Of a stretch of 64,000 nucleotides of DNA, positions 20,357 through 30,516 are shown piece by piece. The notes beneath the pieces were generated by a model. It was not told the DNA's origin. It made no database searches and saw only the letters and a list, made by a program, of their open reading frames with translations. A program made the translations under genes and the position numbers. The DNA is from Dehalococcoidia bacterium (lineage in GTDB: Bacteria > Chloroflexota > Dehalococcoidia > UBA2979), in assembly GCA_965219085.1 (NCBI GenBank), contig OZ244720.1, positions 3,136,001-3,200,000 on the forward strand. The letters run 5' to 3'. Numbering within the stretch: the first letter of the stretch is position 1; each line of letters begins with the position of its first letter.

Positions 20357-21769
20357 ATGAGCGGCACGCCCAGCTTCCTCTCCAGCGTGATGGAGCAGTT
20401 CGACCGGGCCGCCGCCTACTCGAACCTGCCGCCGGGCCTGATCGACCAGGTTCGCTCGTGCAACGCCGTCTACCACGTGCGCTTCCCGGTCGAACTCGAG
20501 GACGGCACCATCGAGGTCATCGAGGCGTACCGGGCGGAGCACAGTCACCACCGGCTGCCCACGAAGGGCGGCCTCCGCGTCAGCCCCGACATCAGCGAGG
20601 ACGAAGTGACGGCGCTCGCGGCGCTGATGACCTTCAAGTGCGCCGTGGTCGAGGTCCCCTTCGGCGGCGCCAAGGGCGGCATTCGCTTCGACCCGAACGC
20701 GCCGGAGGCCGTGCGCCGACGCGTGATCCGTCGCTACACCGCCGAGCTGATCGCGAAGAACTTCGTGGGTCCCGGCGTCGACGTGCCCGCGCCGGACTAT
20801 GGCACGGGCGAGCAGGAGATGGCGTGGATCGCCGACACCTACCGCGCGCTCCGCGGCGCGGACCTCGATGCCTGGGGTTGCGTCACCGGCAAGCCCGTCA
20901 CGCTCCACGGCATTCCCGGACGCGTCGAGGCAACCGGCCTCGGCGTCTACTACGGCATCTCCGAGGTGGTGGCCGACGCCGACGAGATGGCGAAGCTGGG
21001 CCTGACGCCCGGCACCGCGGGCAAGCGGGTCATCGTGCAGGGGCTGGGTAACGTGGGCTCGCACGCCGCACGCTGCCTACAGGACCAGGGCGGCGCGAGC
21101 ATCGTCGGCGTCGCGGAGATCGACGGCGGCATCTACAACCCGGACGGCCTCGACATCGAAGCTGTGCTGGCCCACCGCGGCGAGCGCGGCTCGATCCTCG
21201 ACTTCCCCGGCGCGACCAATATGTCGACGTGGCAGGACACGATCGAGATGGACTGCGACATCCTCGTGCCCGCCGCGGTCGAAGGCGCCATCACCGCGGA
21301 GAACGCGTCCCGCATCAAGGCGCGCATCATCGCCGAGGCGGCGAACGGTCCCGTCTACTCCGACGCCGAGCCGATCCTCGCCGAGATGGGCACGCTGCTC
21401 ATCCCGGATGTCTGGCTCAACGCAGGCGGCGTCACGGTCTCCTACTTCGAGTGGCTGAAGAACCTCTCCCACGTCAGCTTCGACCGCATGTACAAGCGCT
21501 ACGAGGAGATCTCGACGCGTCGCCAGTTGGAGGCGACCGAGCGGCTCGCCGGCATGGAGTTCCCGCCCGACGAGATGAGGATCCTCACCCGCGGCCCGTC
21601 GGAGATCGACTTCGTCCGCTCCGCCCTCCAGGAGACGATGAGCGAGTCGTACCGGCAGATCTACGAGAAGTGGCGGTCCGAGGACTTGCCCGACCTGCGC
21701 ACCGCCGCGTTCCTGATCGCGATCGAACGCGTAGCGGCGAACTACGTCGCGCTCGGCATCTTCCCCTGA
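20357..21769 (+). CDS. gdhA: Glu/Leu/Phe/Val dehydrogenase (glutamate dehydrogenase)
   Basis: PTKGGLR, GGAKGG, DVPAPD, QGLGNVG, NAGGVTVSYFEW. Confidence 0.92.
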   Translation: MSGTPSFLSSVMEQFDRAAAYSNLPPGLIDQVRSCNAVYHVRFPVELEDGTIEVIEAYRAEHSHHRLPTKGGLRVSPDISEDEVTALAALMTFKCAVVEVPFGGAKGGIRFDPNAPEAVRRRVIRRYTAELIAKNFVGPGVDVPAPDYGTGEQEMAWIADTYRALRGADLDAWGCVTGKPVTLHGIPGRVEATGLGVYYGISEVVADADEMAKLGLTPGTAGKRVIVQGLGNVGSHAARCLQDQGGASIVGVAEIDGGIYNPDGLDIEAVLAHRGERGSILDFPGATNMSTWQDTIEMDCDILVPAAVEGAITAENASRIKARIIAEAANGPVYSDAEPILAEMGTLLIPDVWLNAGGVTVSYFEWLKNLSHVSFDRMYKRYEEISTRRQLEATERLAGMEFPPDEMRILTRGPSEIDFVRSALQETMSESYRQIYEKWRSEDLPDLRTAAFLIAIERVAANYVALGIFP

Positions 21770-23565
21770 TCGGGTTCCCCTGATTGGGAAGCAAATGGCG
21801 TCGGCAATCCCTGCGGCTGTTCGTCGACGGCCTCGATCCACTCGCCGGTTGCCCCGGTGAAGTCGCCGACGGTCGACGAAGCGAGCGCTCCGCTGATCCC
21901 GGAACGAATCGCGGCCGCGTCGAGACCCAGCAGGCGCAGCACCCACGCGGACATCTCCGTGCCGCCCTCGAGCTCCTCGCAGACGACCTGGGCGGCGCCC
22001 AGCGCCAAGAGCCCGTCGCGCTCGGCGACGTATCGGGTCCGGACGAGGATCGGCACGTTCGGCCACTCCGCGTGCGCCGTGGCGATCGCGCGGCGCGCGG
22101 CAGGTGGGTCGCTGATCAGCAACACGAGCACGCGTGCGTGGCCGAGGCGCGCGTGCGCAAGCGCCTCCGGACTGGTGACGTCGCCGTAGTACACGTGCGC
22201 GTACTCGCGGCGAGCCTCGCGCACGGTCTCGGCGTTGAGTTCGAGGATCACGTAGGGGATCTGCGCCTGCGCGAGCGTCCGGGCGAGCAGCCGCCCGGCC
22301 ACCCCATAGCCCGCAATCACCACGTGGTCCGTCAGGAACGCGTCCTGCGCGGTGGGCTCATCGATACCACGGGCGCGGAGCAACCGCTCCAGGGGCCGCA
22401 GCAGCGCCTCACCGGCGTGCAGCCCGCCGGTCCAGTGCATCAGCGCCCGCGACAGCACGATGCTCAGCACGCCGGTGGTGACGACGAGGCGGAGCTCGGA
22501 GGAGGTGATGAGGCCCTCGCTCGCGCCGAGCAGGAGCACCACGTAGCCGAACTCACCGAACTGTGCGAGGTACACGCCGGAGCGCCACGCGACGCTCGCC
22601 GGGTTGCGCATCGCCAGTGCCGCCAGCGAGGCGACAAAGGCCTTGCCGAGCACGAGGCCGGCCACGATCAGCACGGCGAGCACCGGCTCGTCGGTGAAGA
22701 CCCGCCAGTCCACGAGCATCCCGAGCGAGATGAAGAAGAAGCTTGTGAACGCGTCGCGCAGCGGGATGATGTCGCTCGTCGCGCGGTGGCTGTAGTCGGT
22801 GTCGGCGAGGAGGACGCCCGCGAGGAACGCGCCGAGGGCGAACGAGAGCCCGATCTGGTTCATGAGCCACGCCGAACCCAGGGCGATGGAAATCACGGTC
22901 AGCAGGAACACCTCGCGCGTGCGAGTGGTGTCCACGGCGTTGAACAGCCGCGGGACCAGGAACCGGGCCACGAAGAGCACAGCGCCAATCGCCAGCGTGG
23001 CGCGCGCCAGCGCCCACGCGACCTCGAACATGAAGCCGCTGCTGTCACCACTGGCGAGTACCGGCACGAGCAGCGTGAGCGGAACCACGAGCAGGTCCTG
23101 GAAGATCAATGCGCCCACGATGAACCGACCGTGTGGCGCATCGATCTCGCCTCGGACATCGAGCACGCGCAGCACCACGACCGTGCTCGACAGCGCCACG
23201 ACGAGCCCGAAGACGATCCCGCGCTCCACCGTGTCGCCCATCACCACGAGGATGGCGAGCGCGGCGAGGGTCGTCACGCCTACTTGCAGGGAGCCGCCGA
23301 TGGCGACTGCCCTCCAGATGAATCGCAGGCGCGAGAGCGAGAACTCGAGCCCGATGGCGAAGAGCAGCAGGATGACGCCGATCTCGGCGATCTGCGTGAT
23401 GTGCTCGGTGTCCCCGACGAGCCCGAGGCCGTGTGGTCCAGCCAGGGCGCCGGTGATGAGGAACCCGATGGTCGAGGGCAGGCCGAAGCGGTGCAGACCG
23501 ACGGTGGTCGCCACGGCTAGCGCGCCAATGACGGCCAGCTCGCCGAAGAGCTCTTGTTCCGCCAC
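21742..23565 (-). CDS. CPA2 cation:proton antiporter with KTN domain (KefC-like)
   Basis: AEIGVILLLFAIGLEFS, LIFQDL, HVVIAGYGVAG. Confidence 0.9.
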   Translation of the reverse strand: MAEQELFGELAVIGALAVATTVGLHRFGLPSTIGFLITGALAGPHGLGLVGDTEHITQIAEIGVILLLFAIGLEFSLSRLRFIWRAVAIGGSLQVGVTTLAALAILVVMGDTVERGIVFGLVVALSSTVVVLRVLDVRGEIDAPHGRFIVGALIFQDLLVVPLTLLVPVLASGDSSGFMFEVAWALARATLAIGAVLFVARFLVPRLFNAVDTTRTREVFLLTVISIALGSAWLMNQIGLSFALGAFLAGVLLADTDYSHRATSDIIPLRDAFTSFFFISLGMLVDWRVFTDEPVLAVLIVAGLVLGKAFVASLAALAMRNPASVAWRSGVYLAQFGEFGYVVLLLGASEGLITSSELRLVVTTGVLSIVLSRALMHWTGGLHAGEALLRPLERLLRARGIDEPTAQDAFLTDHVVIAGYGVAGRLLARTLAQAQIPYVILELNAETVREARREYAHVYYGDVTSPEALAHARLGHARVLVLLISDPPAARRAIATAHAEWPNVPILVRTRYVAERDGLLALGAAQVVCEELEGGTEMSAWVLRLLGLDAAAIRSGISGALASSTVGDFTGATGEWIEAVDEQPQGLPTPFASQSGEPDQGKMPSAT

Positions 23566-23678
23566 GGCGCGCCCCCGGCCGATGAACCCCCGCTCGCGCA
23601 GGCCCCGTGCTGGTTGAGGTTACGTCTACCGGCGCGGCACGGTCAGCGCCGGCAGACGGCCGGCCGGGGCGCTCTCGC

Positions 23679-24821
23679 CTAGCCGCACCCCGATTCGTAG
23701 AGCGCGCGCTCGAGTGCGGCGACTTCGTCGTTGAGCCGGTGCTCGCGTGCGGGCAGCGCGATGCCCACGTCGCCCTCCGACAGCGCCTGGATGCGGGCGA
23801 GCTGGCTGCGAGCTGTGTCGGCGGCGTGGCGCAGCCGCGTGCAGTACTCGTCCCGGGCGGCCGGGTTGTCGGACGGCGCCTGGTACGCGATGACGTGATC
23901 GACCGGGATGTCCAGCCGGCGCTCCACCTGGTGCGCGGTGTCCATGCGGACCCAGCGCGACATCCCCGGCGGGAATGTGCACAGGATCACCGTGTCGTAC
24001 ACGTCCGGGTGCTCGTGCAGTTCATCCTCGATGGCGAGCAGCGGCGTCGGGTCGCCCACCTTTGCGGTGGCGAGTTCGATGCCGGCGTCGCGCAGCACGG
24101 CCCGCGTCTCGACAACCGCGGACTCCGCACTCGCCACGTCGTCGCTCGAGTCGCCGAGCAAGCCCGAGGAGTGCGTCGCGGGAATCAGCAGCGTGAACGT
24201 CGCACGCGTGTCGTTCATGGCGATGTCCGCGAGGTGGTCACGCAGCTCAATGCTGCGGGCGGTGTCGTGCGCAACGACCAGGTAGTGGGCGCCGGGCTGC
24301 ATCACGGAGCCCTGGTGGACGACGAAGACCGGGATGCGCGCGTGGCGAATCACCTCCTCGGCGACGCTGCCCTCGAGGACACGGCGCAGGCCGCGACGGC
24401 CGTGCGTGCCGATCGCGATCATGTCCGCGCCGTAGTCCGCGGCGGCGTCCAGGATCGCCTCCGGCACGTCCTCGGAACCCTCGACGGCGACGTTGAAGTC
24501 CCCGCTGAGATGCCGGTTGCCGAGCACCTGGAGCGACACTATCCGCTCGTTGCGGATGCGTTCGATCATCTGCGAGCGGTCCTCGTTGCGGTGCTGTCCT
24601 TCGTCGTAGTCCACGGGCGCACGGGCCCAGCTGTCGGAGGTCACGACCGGGTCGCCAACGACCAGGTCCTGGGGATGCTGTGGCGCCTCGGGGTGAGTGC
24701 GCTTCGAGTCCCACACCATCATCAGGCGCGCCTCGGCGCCCGCGGCGGATAGCCACGGGGCGAGCGCCTCGACGACCTCGTCGGCAAGTTCGCTGTCGTC
24801 CAGCGCAGCCAGCACACGCAT
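23679..24821 (-). CDS. Universal stress protein, two Usp-like domains
   Basis: DMIAIGTHGRRGLRRVLEGSVAEEVIR, followed by a second degenerate Usp domain. Confidence 0.8.
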   Translation of the reverse strand: MRVLAALDDSELADEVVEALAPWLSAAGAEARLMMVWDSKRTHPEAPQHPQDLVVGDPVVTSDSWARAPVDYDEGQHRNEDRSQMIERIRNERIVSLQVLGNRHLSGDFNVAVEGSEDVPEAILDAAADYGADMIAIGTHGRRGLRRVLEGSVAEEVIRHARIPVFVVHQGSVMQPGAHYLVVAHDTARSIELRDHLADIAMNDTRATFTLLIPATHSSGLLGDSSDDVASAESAVVETRAVLRDAGIELATAKVGDPTPLLAIEDELHEHPDVYDTVILCTFPPGMSRWVRMDTAHQVERRLDIPVDHVIAYQAPSDNPAARDEYCTRLRHAADTARSQLARIQALSEGDVGIALPAREHRLNDEVAALERALYESGCG

Positions 24822-24837
24822 TGGTGGCTCCCCTCAT

Positions 24838-24887
24838 CTTCAGTCAGGCTTCCGGCCATCCGCTTCAGTCAGGCTTCCGGCCATCCG
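24838..24887. repeat. Perfect 25-bp tandem duplication
   Basis: cttcagtcaggcttccggccatccg x2 upstream of usp. Confidence 0.9.
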
Positions 24888-25080
24888 CCGGTGGTTCCAT
24901 GGTACAGACTGCCCGCGTATCGAGGCAGATCCACATTCGCGATTGCTCCACCGTGGCCCGCGGAGCCGCTGCCGCCGTGAGGCATGCCGTCGCGCGCTCT
25001 CGGCCGGCTGCAACGGCTCTCGCTGTGCGGGGCTACGTCTCGGCGGGACCCGGCCGCAAGGATCACCTTCGCTGCGCCGA

Positions 25081-26266
25081 TGTACCTCCCGTGACGCTCA
25101 CAGCCGCTGTGCTCATCGTTCTGGGCCTGCCCTCAGCACAGCCTGCGCTCGCGTGCGGTGGCTTCTTCTGTACGAACAGTCCCGTCGATCAGAACGCGGC
25201 GCATCATCTTCGCGCAGAACGACGATGGAACCGTGTCAGCGTACGTGCAGATCGAGTACACGGGCTCGGCGCCGGACTTCTCATGGATACTGCCGCTGCC
25301 CGAGGCCATCGGCGTCGAGGACGTCGAGGCGCCCGAGGCCGCCATGGCGGCCTTCCGGGAGCTCGAGATCGCCACCGTCCCGGTGTTCAGGCTGCCTCCC
25401 GAACCTGAGTGCGTACGATCGAGACTGATGATGACCACCACCTCATCCTTCAGCTCCGTGGATGTCGTGGCGAGCGGTGAGGTGGGGCCCTACGGATTCG
25501 ATGTGGTTCACTCGGACGATCCGGACGCCCTGGTCGGGTGGCTCCGCGAGTACAACTATCGCGTCACCGCGGAGATGGAGCCGCTCATCGACCTGTACGT
25601 AGACGACGGATTCGTACTCCTTGCCATGAAGTTGCGCCCCGGCCAGGGGGTTCAGGACGCGGCGCCGGTCAAGGTCACGTACCCCTCGAGTGCGCCGATG
25701 ATCCCGCTGCGCCTGACTGCCGTGGCGGCCAATCCAGACATGGCGGTCATGGTCTGGATCTATGCCGACGCACAGGCGACCCCGATCAACTACGACAGCA
25801 TGGAAATCCCGAGTGAAGATCTCGTCTTCTCCCCCTTCGGCGGGAGTGGGAACTATCGACAGCTGATGGCGGTGCGGCCGATGAGGATGGAGGCCAGGCT
25901 TTCATTACCGAGTACGCGGGACCGACGACCGACCTCGCAGTGACGCATCCCCTGCTCCGATCCCTGGGCGATCGCTTCAGCTGCGTGACGCGCCTCAACA
26001 CGGTGATCTCGCCCGAGGAGATGACCGTCGATCCGGTCTTCGGCTACGACCGCGACCTCGACGACGTATCCAACGTGCGCAACCTGGGAGAGATGCGAGG
26101 CGTGTACGGCTGCGAGGACCAGAGGTCCGGCAGGCTCGCGGAGCGCCCGGCGATGATCGCGGAGGCAGGCTTCTGGGGAGTTACGGTCGTCGCGGTGCTG
26201 CTGATCCTGGTGGCGGCGTCCGTGGTGTGGCGCCGCAGCGCCGCCCGGCGGCGCCGTGATTCCTGA
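25081..26266 (+). pseudogene. DUF2330-like secreted protein, frameshifted
   Basis: ACGGFFC, FSWILPLP, PMIPLRLT and a C-terminal TM segment split over several frames; start approximate. Confidence 0.75.
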
Positions 26267-26374
26267 GTCAGGTCGCCGCACGGATGGAGCGCCGCAACCG
26301 GCCGAACGAGCGCGGCGCAACGCCCCCTGCGTTGCCGTCGGCGCGACCGCGCCCGTACTATTGGTGACGGTCCG

Positions 26375-26449
26375 GCGGAAGTAGCTCAGTGGTAGAGCGC
26401 CTCCTTGCCAAGGAGGAGGTCGCGGGTTCGACCCCCGTCTTCCGCTCCA
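26375..26449 (+). tRNA. tRNA-Gly(GCC)
   Basis: Cloverleaf, anticodon GCC at 26407-26409, GGTTCGA T-loop, encoded CCA. Confidence 0.97.
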
Positions 26450-26523
26450 CTCCACCATCCCCCGAGTACGCGTCGACGCGCCCGCTTGAGGGCGGCGCGC
26501 GGTCGCGCGATGCTGTGAGCCGG

Positions 26524-26612
26524 GCCGAAGTGGCGGAATGGGTAGACGCGACGGTCTCAAACACCGTTGGGGTTAATGCCCCGTGTGGGTTCGAGTCCCA
26601 CCTTCGGCACCA
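26524..26612 (+). tRNA. tRNA-Leu(CAA)
   Basis: Anticodon CAA at 26558-26560, long variable arm, encoded CCA. Confidence 0.96.
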
Positions 26613-26798
26613 GTGTTCTCAACGGTTTCCCGGAATCGGGCCTCGGCGAATTGTACTCACCAGGGTGATCAGTTGTGGCCATCTTGTGGCCATCGTTGGA
26701 TCGCACGGCGCGCGCGGCCGTGCGAACTGCGGGATCTCACCCGCGCGATCGGCTCCGCGGGGTCACGCTTCTGTCGGATCGCCGTCGCTTCTCGCGGC

Positions 26799-27788
26799 TC
26801 ATTCTCGGCCTTGCGAGACCCGCGCCCTGTAGGCACGCTGCTTCTCGGCATTCAGGCACTGTTTGCTGCAGAACCGGGTGTTCACTCGGACGGCTCGGAA
26901 CATCCTTTTGCAGGAGGCGCGCTCACAGAGTCGGAAGTCGTGCCCTGCCGCAAGGTCGTTAGCAGCCATGATGGCGAGGCCAGCGAGCGCAGAGGGCGCC
27001 GACCATCGAAGCGAGGCCCGTCTCCCGTCGCTGCTCGGCGACAAGGCCTGCCGAGCGGGGGCCTGGAGGTGATTGAGCGGCACGAAGGCCCGGACCTGCT
27101 CCTCGACCGACCGGCCCGACTCGATGCCCCACTTCGCCGAGTGGAGGGCCGTGCGGAACGCTAACGCCGCAGCCATGAAGTCAGGTACGCATTCGCGATA
27201 TGACGCACGAAACTCAGCCCTGCCGGGCTCGGGCCATTCCCTCTCGAGCATCACCGAGGCCTCAGGGTCCAGTGGTTTTTGTGAGACGCGGAGATGCGGA
27301 TCCCACTAATGTAGGTCGCGCCACAGGCGCGGGAAGAATCTCCACCACGTTTGCGTCATGGTCTCACGGCTCAGTCTGTCGTCCCACCCTATCGTCGAAT
27401 CGAGCTTGCGTAGCAAGACATGCGGCTTCGAACTAGAAGTCTGCGCGAGCCATCCGTCGCCGGCCCACCGATAGAGCGTCCCCTGCGGCAGCGTGACCTC
27501 AGCGGTACGTTGCAGGAGTACCCCCGTCGGTCCGTAGCGATCTGACCACTCGATGATACGCTTAGCTTCGAGGGCAGTGGGCGGCGTGAATTCGCTCTCA
27601 CGGTCGGGATCAGGGACGTCCGCGATGTCGACGTATGCCGGATTCCGCGTGCGGCTCTTCGCGCCGTCCGGGTCCTCCCTCCACAGGTCGAACCGCAAGG
27701 GGGCCTGTCCTTCGCTTACTGGCACCACATAGCCGTCACGGATCGTGTACTGATCGAACCGCCACCACGGGAAAGCGTGTAGATCCAT
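26799..27788 (-). pseudogene. CGNR-type zinc-finger protein interrupted by an in-frame TAG (27306-27308)
   Basis: C-terminal CERASC...RFCSKQC...KQRAYRAR; the two ORFs share one frame. Confidence 0.6.
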
Positions 27789-27800
27789 ACGTTACCCTAT

Positions 27801-27821
27801 CGTTACTCTGTAAGAGTAACG
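27801..27821. promoter_or_regulatory. Palindromic operator candidate
   Basis: cgttactct-gta-agagtaacg between divergent genes. Confidence 0.5.
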
Positions 27822-27891
27822 CAGGCGAGCCTACTCTGCAGGCGTAGCAGGCCTTCACCCGAGGGCCGCCGCAGTCCGAATCGAGAAGACA

Positions 27892-28305
27892 ATGTCGCTC
27901 ACCCCGGAGCCGAGTGACGCGAATGCCACCAGCATTCGTGTTGGCATCTACGTCGACGGCCCCAATCTCTACGGAGGCGCGCGGCGCCTCACTGGTGATG
28001 GCCGTCTCGAGATCCCTGCCCTGGTGCGGTCGATCGCGAGAGGCCGGGAGATTACGGACATGTGCTTCTGGACCGGGGTCCTGAACCAGGCTCAGGGACC
28101 AGAAGCCTACGCGAAGCAACGGCGCTTCTTTGCCAACATCGAACGCCGAGTTCCCAACGGGAGGATCGGGCGCGCTACGATTCGGGACCGCGGCACTCGA
28201 CAAGTAGAGAAGGGTGTCGATGTTGGGATCGCACTCGACCTCGTCATGGGCGCCTACGAGGATAGGTGGGATGTCGTCCAAGTCGCGATGTATCTGAGCA
28301 CTTGA
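27892..28305 (+). pseudogene. NYN-domain (LabA/DUF88) protein, C-terminally truncated
   Basis: IYVDGPNLY and EKGVDVGIALD present; SGDxD motif missing. Confidence 0.75.
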
Positions 28306-28339
28306 CCTGGTGTATGACGAGGTTGCCCGATACCGCTAG

Positions 28340-29135
28340 GGATGGTCTGATCAGGTGGCGTGTCGGGCGCGGTGGGTATCGATCAGCGGGCCGAGCCGCG
28401 CTGTGGGGGCCCGATACCGCGGTCCATGGGTGGTCTCGCCTCCATGTCGCTCCGGAAGCGCTCCGGCGGGCGATTCGGGACGCACGGCTCCCGCGATCAC
28501 GCGAGCTGAGGCTCAGCTCGCAACAGGTTCGTGAAACCGAGCAGCAGCATGAGACGCTGGCGGTTCTTCTCAAGACCCCGGTAGCGCACCTGCGCGTACC
28601 CGAAGTGCCGCTTCACGTAGAGAAACGGATGCTCAGCCTTGGCGCGCACCGAGGCCTTGCGCCGCTCCGCCTGCGCCTCCTCGCCCCCCGGCGCCAGCTG
28701 CCGCCTGAGACCCGGGCGCAGCGCCACCTGCCAGCAGGTGGCGGAAGTTGAGGATCGTCGTCTCATCGGGGATCGGCTCGGAGAGGCTGAGACCGGCGAA
28801 CTCGAGCATCGAGCGGGAGTCGTAGAGTTCCTGCTCCATGCCGGGGTCGCTGAGGTTGAACCAGAGCTGCAGGCAGTGGATGCGCAGCATCACGCGCAGC
28901 GCGTAGGGGCGGCGTCCGCGGCCGCGCTTCGGGTAGACGGGCGCGATGCGCTGCTCCAGCTCAGCCCAGGGGACGAGCCTGTCCATGCGCTCGAGGAACG
29001 TCTGCCGCCTCGTCTTGACCTTCTTGTGCTCGTACTCGACGCTGCCGAACGAACGCTGCTGCATGGGGCGCCCCTCTCCGGGTCGCCCCATGATCGCATC
29101 TGCTCACCCGCTCAGGCGAGTTGTTCAGACCATCC
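28340..29135 (-). mobile_element. IS5-family element with internally deleted transposase
   Basis: IRs ggatggtctga / tcagaccatcc, flanks CTAG and CTAA; IPDETTILNFRHLL joined out of frame to RAKAEHPF...RYRGLEKN. Confidence 0.88.
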
Positions 29136-29399
29136 CTAAACCTGAGCACGCAGCCTGGTAGAGTGCTGAAAGTTTCTGGCACCGAAGGCCGTAGTTGTCT
29201 GGTCCAGGGCGATCTGGCCACGCCCTATGGTTCGTCGATGGTTGTCCGCTGCCACGGCGGCCTCGCGCAGCACGAGCGCGGGCAACTCCGGGATCGCTAC
29301 AGCGACGGCTGACTCGGCGTGGATATCTAGCGACGAGCGCGCGTCTGTAGTCAGTGTCGACGTGCAGCGATTCTGTCAGTCCAACGGAGCAGCGACTTT

Positions 29400-29803
29400 G
29401 TCAGTACCGCGCTGGCCGCCGGAGGGTGCCGACCAGGACGCTCAGGCGGCGCTACTTCGCTCTCGCCGGACGGCTCACCCACTCGGCACGGCGCTGGACC
29501 CTGCACCTCCCGAAGCGCTGGCCCTCGGCCGGGCAGCTGGCAGCCGCGCTCGCGCGACTACGGGCGATACCACTCCCGGCCTGACGCGCTCACAGCGCCG
29601 GCCCGGGTCCGAGCCTCGCGCCAGCATGCCGCGCACGCCTCGCGCTCCCCAGCTCCCGCGCCCTCAGCGCCCCCGAGCTACGCTGAGCGACGGCTCATGG
29701 CTCCGGCCCGCCCCTGGCACCGCCCGGCGAACGCCGGCACGCCCGCCGAACTCTCCGGCAGCCCGGCACCCCGTCCCCTCAAGCTTCGATCGGTGGATCC
29801 GAG
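29400..29803 (+). mobile_element. IS1380-family 3' remnant
   Basis: TLRRRYFALAGRLTHSARRWTLHLPKRWP C-terminus; end tcggtggatccgag; left boundary approximate. Confidence 0.75.
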
Positions 29804-29830
29804 ATAAGGACGGTGCACTGTGACACCACC

Positions 29831-30320
29831 TTGCGCGAGTGCGCCCTGAAGTCGAAGGACGGTGCGGGATGACCTGAGTCGTCTGGAGGCATGCTCGTCG
29901 TCGCCAGCCGGTGCAAGTCCGGTCCGGGTAACTGCCAGGAGGCCCGGTAGCAGATCGGCGGCTCGGACCGGAAACGGTCCGGGTCGAAGCCCGATGTCGA
30001 AAGCCCTTGTAGGGGGAGCGACCACACGGTCCGCAGCATGAAGCGAAGCCTGCCGCGTCGTTAGGGTGCCCGCCGTAGCGCGGGGAAGAGGAGGAGCCGA
30101 GCCCAGTCCCTCGGGGTGAAGGCCATGGAAGGGGTGAAGCACCTGGAAGCAACCCCGAAGAACCTCCCGGCGTAGGGGGCGTGGAACGTGTGGAAGGTGG
30201 CGACGGGAACAGGGGAGGCCCTCCCCGGCCCGGCACGACTGCGGAGTGGTGCTGGAGCGGGGCGTCCTATAACCGGTGAGTAGCCGGGAAGTGGGCGGCC
30301 AGCCGGGAGGGAGTCGTACC
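29831..30320 (+). ncRNA. Group II intron 5' fragment (domain I onward; no RT ORF, DV or DVI)
   Basis: TTGCG (29831) or GTGCG (29839) start; ccggtgcaagtccgg, gaagcgaagcctgc, gggtgaaggcc, gggaacaggggaggccct, gaagtggg...gggagtcg motifs typical of bacterial IIB-like introns. Confidence 0.7.
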
Positions 30321-30516
30321 GCGCCAATCCCTTACCCGACCGTGACCCCGGACGGGGTACGACCTCGCAACGAGGCGGCACGACCGGCAGGTGGAACCTC
30401 TGGGTCTGACCGGGTAGCGTGCTACGGAGCTACGCCGACCTCCCCGAGCAGCCCCAGCACCTTCTGCCCACTCACAGCGCGAACCACCCTCTCACTCCGG
30501 GCCTGGATCCGTGCCC

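Noticed and set aside
29831-30516. Retron, DGR or complete ORF-less intron
   Set aside because: No reverse transcriptase in the window, no TR/VR pair and no domain V/VI.
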